Shown here: piece by piece, positions 22,785-29,704 of the stretch | How positions within the stretch are numbered: position 1 is the stretch's first letter | Layout: every line of letters starts with the position of its first letter | Assembly (NCBI RefSeq): GCF_008065095.1 | Contig: NZ_CP042911.1 | Coordinates: 240,001-272,000, forward strand | DNA length: 32,000 bases | Source of the DNA: Gemmata obscuriglobus | GTDB lineage: Bacteria > Planctomycetota > Planctomycetia > Gemmatales > Gemmataceae | Reading direction: 5' to 3' | The notes under the pieces: model-generated | The model's input: only the letters and a program-made list of their open reading frames with translations | Database searches by the model: none | Told to the model about the DNA's origin: nothing | Made by a program: the position numbers and the translations under genes

Positions 22785-23313
22785 AACGTCACCCGGACCG
22801 CCCACACCACCCACGTGTGCCCGCACCAGAACGCGGTTTACGAGCGGGTCGCAGGTTCGCCACGGTGCGCCGGCCGGTGGTCGCCAGTGCCCCGACCATC
22901 CACGTCGAGAACCGCTGCTACGTCGGGTTGGTGAAGTGTGGCGCTAGAACGTGGACAAGCGCCTGGGCCTCGGGTGGTACAACCACGGCCGCCGTTCGTG
23001 AGGGAGGGCCACGAGAGCTTGTGCAATCCTCATGATACCTCACCACGGACGGCTCCAAAATCGGTAGAGTCGAGGGGTGGCGTCACAGAAACCTGACCCT
23101 TTAGACGGCGGAAAGGGGCACCGCTACGGTGGCTCGGAGTTCGTACATTTCGGGCGTTTTGGTACAGCCCCAGCGCGGAGAATATCGGGTAGATTGGCTG
23201 CAATACCGCAGCCCCGGCAGGCCCTCGCTCTGCCTGCCGGCGATCCTGCGACGCACGCGGCCGAGCGCTACGACGCGCCTTGTTTCGTCCCCTTCCGGAG
23301 CTTTTAATTCAAC

Positions 23314-26310
23314 ATGTTCACTAACACGCCCAAGGCGCGCTGGCAACGGGGTGGCCTAAATCAGTGCCGTCCTCGACTCGTCGTCGAAGCTCTTGAAGGC
23401 CGTTGCGTGCCCGCCACCATCAACGTGACCGGCCTCGGCGATGCCGTTGCTCCGGATAGCACCGTCACGCTGCGCGAAGCGATCCGGTCGATCAACGGCG
23501 CGGCGAACGTCAACACGGACGTGGTGCCGACGGGAGCCGCTTACGGCACCGACGACACCATCACCTTCACCGGGCTGAGCGGTACGATCGTACTCGCCGC
23601 CGCGCTTGACCCACTCGACGTGTCGGTCACCATCAACGGCACGACCGGGGCCGGTTACGCGGGCGCCCCGGTTGTCACCGTGGACGGGAACGGCAACCCG
23701 ACGTTCGCTGTTAACGGCCAGCATGTGACCATCCGCGGGCTGTCGATCGTGCGCAGCGCCAACAACGGGATTACGGTCCAGGGACCCGGGGCCTCGGGGG
23801 TCGTGATCGCCGGCAACTACATCGGCGTGCGGGCCGACGGGACCACGGCGGCACCCAATGAGGCGTCCGGCGTGCTGATCGACGGGGCCGCGAACGGCAC
23901 GGTCGGTGGTACCGTCCCGGCGGACCGGAACGTCATCTCCGGTAACGTTCGCGAGGGCGTCGTGATCCAGGGCTCGGGCGCGTCGGGAAACGTCGTCGCG
24001 GGTAACCACATCGGCACCAACGCCGCTGGCACCGCCCCGCTCGGGAACGCAACCGGCGTGTACGTGTTGGCCGGGGCAGCGAATAACACCATCGGCGGCA
24101 CCGCGACCGGGGCACGCAACGTCATCTCCGGCAACACCAGCGGTGGCGTGGTTCTCCAGGACGCCGGCACGACCGGCAACCTGATCGCGGGCAATTACAT
24201 CGGCATCGATGCCGGCGGTACCACTGCCGTCCCAAATCCGGCCGGGGTACTGATCAACGGGGCGGCGAACAACACCGTCGGCGGGACCGTCGCGGGGGCG
24301 CGGAACGTGATCTCCGGAAACGCCAGCCACGGCGTCTCCATACAGAGCCCCGGCACAACGGGAAACGTCGTTCAGGGGAACTTTATCGGCACCAATGCCG
24401 CGGGCACCGCCGCGGTCGGTAACGCGTCCGGCGTCGTAGTTACCTTTGGCCCCGCGAACAACACCATCGGCGGCACAACCGCCGGCTCTGGCAACGTCAT
24501 CTCCGGGAACACCGCGCTCGGCGTCCAACTCGCCACCGTGACGGGGATCGTCGTGGCGGGCAACTACATCGGCACCGATCCCAGCGGCACCGCCGCCGTC
24601 GCCAACGGGTTAGGGGTGCTGCTCAGCGCCGGGGCGGTGAACAACACCATCGGCGGTACGTCCGCGGGCGCGGGTAACGTGATCGCCTTCAACGGCGGGG
24701 CCGGCGTCGCGCTCGACGACTCCGTTGGGGCAACGGGGTTGAGTTCCGGCGCCAGCATCCTCGGGAACGCGATTTTCTCAAACGGCGCGCTGGGGATCGA
24801 CCTTCGCGGCGACGGGGTCACGGCCAACGACGCGCAGGACAGTGACACGGGCGTGAACAGCCTTCAGAACTACCCGCTCATCGCCTCGGTGGTGGGCCGC
24901 CGGGTCAGCGGGCACCTGGCCGGCGCCCCGAACGCGAGCTTCCGTCTCGAGTTCTTCAGCAACCCGGCTCGCGACCCGTCCGGGTTCGGTCAGGGCAAAA
25001 CGTTCCTCGGAGCCGTTACCGTCGCCACCGACGGCGCCGGTGTCGCGGCGTTCCTCTTTGATGCCCCGGCCGACTTGCGGGACCAGTACGCCACCGCGAC
25101 CGCGACGGATCTGGCGTCCGGCGACACGTCCGAATTCGGTAACGCGGTACTCGGCACCGGGCTCACCCCGCTCCTCCCCCCGCCGATCCCGTCGCGGCTG
25201 CCGCTCGCGGACCCGGAACAGGTCGTTCGGGCGGCGCCGGTGGTCAACACGCCGCTCGTCCCTCCGGGGGTGGAACCGGTCGTGACCGCCGGGCACATCG
25301 CTCCGACCGCGGGCGTCGCCGACTCGCTCGCCGCGAAGCCGGTGGTGGTGGTCGGTCCGGGGCCGGGCGGGAACGGGGTCGTGCGGGTCATCAACGGCGA
25401 CGGTACGGTCCGCGCGGACATCACCGCGTTCGCAGGGTTCGCGGGCGGGGTGAAGGTCGCGACCGCCGATGTCACCGGCGACGGGGCCGCGGACCTGGTC
25501 GTCGGGACCGGTGCAGGCGCGGCGGGCGGGCACGTGAAGGTGTTCGACGGGGCCACCGGCGAGTTGGTCTACAGCTTTTTCGCGTTCGCGGGGTTCGCGG
25601 GCGGGGTAGACGTCACGGGCGGCGACATCAACGCCGACGGGTTCGATGACATCATTGTCGGCGCCGGGGCCGGCGCGCCCGGCGGGCACGTGAAGGTGTA
25701 CGACGGCCGGACCGGCGCGCAACTGGCCAGCTTCTTCTCCTTCGACGCGGCGTTCCTGGGCGGCGTGACCGTGGCGGCTGGCGATTTCAATGCCGACGGG
25801 CTGGCAGATGTCGTTGTCGGGGCCGGACCCGGGGCCGCACCGCACGTGAAGATTATCGAAGCGACGAGCCTCCTCCGGGTGGGCTCCGACGGGCAGATCG
25901 CCGGCCCCGCGCTCCTGGCGAGTTTCTTCGCGTTCGACCCGACGTTTCGCGGCGGGGTGGACGTGACCGCGGGCGCGGATTTCGTCGCCAACGGTGTAGC
26001 CGAACTCGTGGTCGGCGCCGGGTCGGGCGGCGCGCCGCACGTGAAAGTGATCAACGGGACCAAGGTCACCCGAACGGACCCCCGCGGACGCATCTCGGAC
26101 GACGCTCTTCTGGCGAGCTTCTTCGCGTTCGATCCGGCGTTCCGCGGCGGCGTGCGGCTCGGAGAGGCCGATGTCGACCAGGACGGGATTGATGAACTCG
26201 TGATCGGCGCCGGCCGGGGTGTGCGTGTGATCCGGGCGCCGGGCTTCACGGACGACGTGACGCGGTTCGATGCGCTCTCCGGCGGCGCAGACGGTGCCTA
26301 CGTCGCATAG
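23314..26310 (+). CDS. Large secreted protein: N-terminal LExLExR-type motif, right-handed parallel beta-helix repeats, C-terminal FG-GAP/VCBS (integrin-alpha-like) repeats
   Basis: This is the 998-aa ORF. The N-terminus reads …RPRLVVEALEGRCVPA. About 15 units of ~22 aa follow (NVISGN…GV.(I/L)Q..G..GN.(V/I)AGN(Y/H)IGT.A.GT.A.PN). Then come repeats of D(V/I)(T/N)GDG..D.VVG(T/A)GAGA.(G)PHVKV with FF(A/S)FD…F.GGV. Confidence 0.9.
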   Translation: MFTNTPKARWQRGGLNQCRPRLVVEALEGRCVPATINVTGLGDAVAPDSTVTLREAIRSINGAANVNTDVVPTGAAYGTDDTITFTGLSGTIVLAAALDPLDVSVTINGTTGAGYAGAPVVTVDGNGNPTFAVNGQHVTIRGLSIVRSANNGITVQGPGASGVVIAGNYIGVRADGTTAAPNEASGVLIDGAANGTVGGTVPADRNVISGNVREGVVIQGSGASGNVVAGNHIGTNAAGTAPLGNATGVYVLAGAANNTIGGTATGARNVISGNTSGGVVLQDAGTTGNLIAGNYIGIDAGGTTAVPNPAGVLINGAANNTVGGTVAGARNVISGNASHGVSIQSPGTTGNVVQGNFIGTNAAGTAAVGNASGVVVTFGPANNTIGGTTAGSGNVISGNTALGVQLATVTGIVVAGNYIGTDPSGTAAVANGLGVLLSAGAVNNTIGGTSAGAGNVIAFNGGAGVALDDSVGATGLSSGASILGNAIFSNGALGIDLRGDGVTANDAQDSDTGVNSLQNYPLIASVVGRRVSGHLAGAPNASFRLEFFSNPARDPSGFGQGKTFLGAVTVATDGAGVAAFLFDAPADLRDQYATATATDLASGDTSEFGNAVLGTGLTPLLPPPIPSRLPLADPEQVVRAAPVVNTPLVPPGVEPVVTAGHIAPTAGVADSLAAKPVVVVGPGPGGNGVVRVINGDGTVRADITAFAGFAGGVKVATADVTGDGAADLVVGTGAGAAGGHVKVFDGATGELVYSFFAFAGFAGGVDVTGGDINADGFDDIIVGAGAGAPGGHVKVYDGRTGAQLASFFSFDAAFLGGVTVAAGDFNADGLADVVVGAGPGAAPHVKIIEATSLLRVGSDGQIAGPALLASFFAFDPTFRGGVDVTAGADFVANGVAELVVGAGSGGAPHVKVINGTKVTRTDPRGRISDDALLASFFAFDPAFRGGVRLGEADVDQDGIDELVIGAGRGVRVIRAPGFTDDVTRFDALSGGADGAYVA

Positions 26311-26330
26311 CCGATGCTCCGGCCCGGGAC

Positions 26331-26384
26331 GCCCGCGCGCTTGCGCGGGCGAAATCGGTTCAGGTAAATATGCCTGAACCGATT
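26331..26384 (+). terminator. Two consecutive hairpins downstream of the 998-aa gene
   Basis: The first is GCCCGCGC-gctt-GCGCGGGC (26331-26350). The second is AATCGGTTCAGG-N8-CCTGAACCGATT (26353-26384). Both begin 21 nt after the TAG at 26308-26310. T residues follow only weakly. Confidence 0.45.
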
Positions 26385-26498
26385 CCCAGTCGTTTCTCGT
26401 TCCCGGTTCCGCGCTCCGCGTGAAGCCGACGGCGCGCGAATGGTTCGGCGCGTGTACCGAGTCGGTTCCCACTTGGAACCGGGAACGACGGGATTCTG
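26381..26498 (+). repeat. Intergenic structured repeat, copy B (better preserved; MITE-like or ncRNA)
   Basis: There is an internal perfect 13-bp inverted repeat, CGTTCCCGGTTCC (26398-26410) / GGAACCGGGAACG (26474-26486). The near-terminal inverted ends are GATTCCCAGTCGTT and AACGACGGGATTC. It is homologous to 22629..22733. Confidence 0.6.
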
Positions 26499-26610
26499 GA
26501 AAAAGTCCGTGCGGTTTCAGCGGCGTCCGGCACTCCACACCGCCCGCCGACCGGGACTCGCGAACGAACGCGCGAATCGTTAGGATCGGGGCCAGTTCGA
26601 GGAATGACTG

Positions 26611-29481
26611 ATGACCGTGCCGAACCGTGCCGTGCCGCCCCGGTTGTTGAACCTGCTCACCGCGGACCCCGTACCCGACGCCGACCTGCTCTCCCGGTTC
26701 ATCCAGTCCCGGGACGGGGCCGCGTTCGCAACACTCGTCGAGCGACACGGGCCGATGGTGCTCCGCGTCTGCCGCCGCACGCTCTGGGACGCCCACACCG
26801 CCGAAGATGCGTTCCAGGCCACGTTCCTCGCGCTGGTCCGGGGGGCAGGTCGGGTGCGCAAAACCGCGTCGGTGGCGGCGTGGCTTCACGGGGCTGCCGT
26901 TCGCATTTCCCTCAAGGCGCGGGGCGCGGCCACCCGCGCGCATCGCACGCCCCCGGCTCCGTCACCGGCCCAATGTGGCCCCGACCCGCTCGCGGAGATC
27001 ACGGGCCGGGAACTCGTCTCGGCGATCGACGAGGAACTGGCCCGGCTACCGGATCGGTTCCGGGCCGCGATCACCCTGTGCTGCCTGGAAGGGCTGTCGC
27101 AGGACGAGGCCGCGCGGCGCTTGGGGTGGTCGGCGGCCTCAGTGCGGGGACGACTGGAACGCGGCCGGGAGCGGTTGCGGGTGCGGCTGGCACAGCGGGG
27201 GCTGGCGCTCGCGGCGGGGTTGGGCGGCCTCCTCCCCGGCGAGGCTCACGCGACGGTTCCGCCGCGGTTGCTGGCCCGGGTGATCGAACTCCCCACGCTC
27301 GGAACCGTGCCGCCCCGCGTGGCGGAGATGGCGGCGGGTGCGGCGCCGTCCGGCGCGGCCTGGAAGGCCGTGGCCGTGGCACTGGTGGTGCTCGCGGTCG
27401 GCGGCGCGGCGGTCGGAAGCGGGAGCCCGCCCCAGAATACTCCTGAAACCGCAACAGCATCCACAATGCCACTCGCCCCGTCGGGCGCGAGGCCCGAAGG
27501 TGGCGCCGGGCGCCCCGCGGCGAACCCGCCGGTAAAGACCGACCGCTACGGCGACCCGCTCCCCGCGGGCGCGATCATGCGCCTGGGGACGCTCCGCACC
27601 CGCGCCCCGATCACCGGGTTCGGCATCGAGAAAGACGGCACCGTCGTCACCGTCGGACCGGGCGCGGACGTGCGCCGCTGGCACGCGACCGACGACCGCT
27701 CCGACGAACCCATCGCGCTGCCGCTGGCCGGGCCGGCGAACACGAACAACGAGCCGCAAGTGTCGCCGGACGGGAAACTCGTCGCGGCGTGTTCGCGGGA
27801 CAAGGTGTTCGTTTGGGAAGCGCCAGCCGACGCGAAAGCCGAGCCGAAGCCGGTGGCCACATTCGACCTCGCTCGCGCGCGATTGTTCCGGTTCGCGCCG
27901 GATGGCCGGACCCTCGCCGTCGTGACCGAAGCGTGGAACATGGTTCCCGCGGGGGCGTTCCTCTGCGACCTCAAGACGCAAACCGCCGCGGCGATCGACA
28001 CGGGCGGCGTGCGCTATTTCGAGGGCCTCGCGTTCTCCGGCGACGGCAAGCGGCTCGGTGCGTTCGCGGACGCTAGCTGTTTCATCCTGTGGGACGCGAC
28101 AACCGGCAAACAGTTGACGAAGTACCAAGCGATCGGACGGATGTCGAGAGCGTTCGCGCTGAACCACACCGGCGACACGCGGGCCGCGGCCGACTACTCG
28201 GGTCCGAAGACCGAGTTCCGCTTCACGGACCCGGAGACCGGCAAGAAGAAGGACGGCCTCACCGGCCCGGACGGTGACATCTACTGGCTGACTTACGCGG
28301 CCGACGGCAAGACGCTGCTCGCCGGCGACCCCGGCGGCGTGCGCTGGTGGGACCCGGTCGCGGGCAAACTGGTCCGCAGGTACGAGGGCGTCGCGCACGG
28401 CCACGCGCTCCAAGAGGTGCCGGCCCGGTTCACCCCGGACGGGAAGGTGCTGGTGTCGCACAACGGGCATGTGCTCCTGCGCTGGAACGCCGAAACCGGC
28501 AAGCCGCTGTTCCCGGAGCAGGACATCGGCCACGGCGCGACCGTCACCGCCGTCGGCCTGTCGCCGGACGGCACGCGGATCGCCACCCGCGGTATGGACA
28601 ACCGGTTGTGCGTGTGGGACGCGGCGACCGGCAAGCGGTTGTGGCACGCGCCGGACGCGCGGACGAAAGTGGCGGACATCGACTTCGGCCCGGACGGCAC
28701 GTTCCTGGTCGTCGGCGGCCCGAAGTGGGACGAGGTGACGAAGTACGACGCCGCGACCGGCAAGGTGTTGCTGACGTTCGCGGTCGATCCGAAGGGGCCG
28801 AAGCAGGCGGGCGTGTTCAGCGCGCGCGTGTCGAAAGACGGGCAGACGGTGGTCGCGCACACCGGACCGTACGTGGCCGGCGCCCCGTCGGTCGTCACCG
28901 TGTGGAACGCGATCACCGGTGAGCGGCTGAAATCGAGCCCACTGTCGGATAGCAAATGGCACGAGTTCAGCGCACTGTCGCCGGACGGGGAGTACCTCGC
29001 GGGGGGCATGCTCGGCAGCCGGGCCGTGGCGGTGGCCGCACCGGACCGCGACCTGCTCGCCGACGCCAAACTCCCCGGCTCCCTCACGCAGACCGGCCGC
29101 TTCTCCGCCGACGGGCGGTGGCTCGCGCTGGTCACCACCGAGCGCGCGGGAGGAGCGCAGAAGTATTCCGCGGTACTGGTTTCCGCGACGACGTGGCACG
29201 CGGTCAGCACCATTCCGCTGACCGCAGACTATCGCGCCCGCATCGCGGTCGCGCCGGACGGGCGCACGCTGGCGGTTGCGGTGGGCGACGCGGTCGAGTT
29301 CTACGACGCCGGGACTCAGAAGCTGCTCGGCCGCCACCTCGCCCCGCCTGCGGGGTGGGAGAAATTTCGTTTCGGTAACATCAGCGCCCTGAGCTTCACG
29401 CCCGACGGCACGAAGCTAATCACCGGGCATACGGACACGACCGCGCTCGTGTGGCCCGTTCCGGCCCGGCCCGGGAAGTGA
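26611..29481 (+). CDS. ECF-type sigma-70 factor fused to a transmembrane helix and a large C-terminal WD40/beta-propeller domain
   Basis: GAGGAA lies 7 nt before the ATG at 26611. Region 2: FATLVERHGPMVLRVCRR…AEDAFQATFLAL. Region 4: LPDRFRAAITLCCLEGLSQDEAARRLGWSAASVRGRLERGRERL. TM helix: AAWKAVAVALVVLAVGGAAVG. More than 600 aa follow with FSPDG/LSPDG…(V/L)WD blades. Confidence 0.9.
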   Translation: MTVPNRAVPPRLLNLLTADPVPDADLLSRFIQSRDGAAFATLVERHGPMVLRVCRRTLWDAHTAEDAFQATFLALVRGAGRVRKTASVAAWLHGAAVRISLKARGAATRAHRTPPAPSPAQCGPDPLAEITGRELVSAIDEELARLPDRFRAAITLCCLEGLSQDEAARRLGWSAASVRGRLERGRERLRVRLAQRGLALAAGLGGLLPGEAHATVPPRLLARVIELPTLGTVPPRVAEMAAGAAPSGAAWKAVAVALVVLAVGGAAVGSGSPPQNTPETATASTMPLAPSGARPEGGAGRPAANPPVKTDRYGDPLPAGAIMRLGTLRTRAPITGFGIEKDGTVVTVGPGADVRRWHATDDRSDEPIALPLAGPANTNNEPQVSPDGKLVAACSRDKVFVWEAPADAKAEPKPVATFDLARARLFRFAPDGRTLAVVTEAWNMVPAGAFLCDLKTQTAAAIDTGGVRYFEGLAFSGDGKRLGAFADASCFILWDATTGKQLTKYQAIGRMSRAFALNHTGDTRAAADYSGPKTEFRFTDPETGKKKDGLTGPDGDIYWLTYAADGKTLLAGDPGGVRWWDPVAGKLVRRYEGVAHGHALQEVPARFTPDGKVLVSHNGHVLLRWNAETGKPLFPEQDIGHGATVTAVGLSPDGTRIATRGMDNRLCVWDAATGKRLWHAPDARTKVADIDFGPDGTFLVVGGPKWDEVTKYDAATGKVLLTFAVDPKGPKQAGVFSARVSKDGQTVVAHTGPYVAGAPSVVTVWNAITGERLKSSPLSDSKWHEFSALSPDGEYLAGGMLGSRAVAVAAPDRDLLADAKLPGSLTQTGRFSADGRWLALVTTERAGGAQKYSAVLVSATTWHAVSTIPLTADYRARIAVAPDGRTLAVAVGDAVEFYDAGTQKLLGRHLAPPAGWEKFRFGNISALSFTPDGTKLITGHTDTTALVWPVPARPGK

Positions 29482-29560
29482 GCACCGGGCGCCCGCCCGG
29501 CCGAATCTGGTTGCCAGCACCTTGCGGAACGGGGAAACTGCTTGGCACACCCGTGAGCAA

Positions 29561-29676
29561 ACCCGGGGCTTTCGCCCCGGGCTACAGGGCCGGCGCCCTT
29601 TCAGGGCTCAAAGACACCCTTTGTATTTGAGCCCTGAAAGGGCGCCGGTCCTGTAGCCCGGGGCGAAAGCCCGGGT
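29561..29676. repeat. 116-bp near-perfect palindrome (~51-bp arms, 13-nt centre)
   Basis: The left arm is 29561-29612 (ACCCGGGGCTTTCGCCCCGGGCTACAGGGCCGGCGCCCTTTCAGGGCTCAAA). The right arm, 29626-29676, is its reverse complement except for one missing G and one G/A difference, which would be a G:U pair in RNA. Each arm also contains its own 8-bp hairpin, CCCGGGGC-TTTC-GCCCCGGG. Confidence 0.9.
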
Positions 29677-29704
29677 GGACTCCGGCACACCTGATGAGGC
29701 CGTT

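Noticed and set aside
23800-24700. Regular ~66-bp periodicity (repeated …AACGTCATCTCCGG(C/T)AAC… / …ATCGGCGGCACC…) that could be mistaken for a repeat array
   Set aside because: The periodicity reflects the 22-aa parallel beta-helix coding repeats within a continuous ORF. The units are imperfect and contiguous, with no spacer structure, so this is not a CRISPR array.
26498-26509. GGAAAAAGTCCG, resembling the RNase P RNA P4 motif GGAAAGUCCGG
   Set aside because: It is only a partial match. There is no room for a ~350-nt RNase P RNA before the ECF gene start at 26611, and none of the other conserved RNase P blocks are present.
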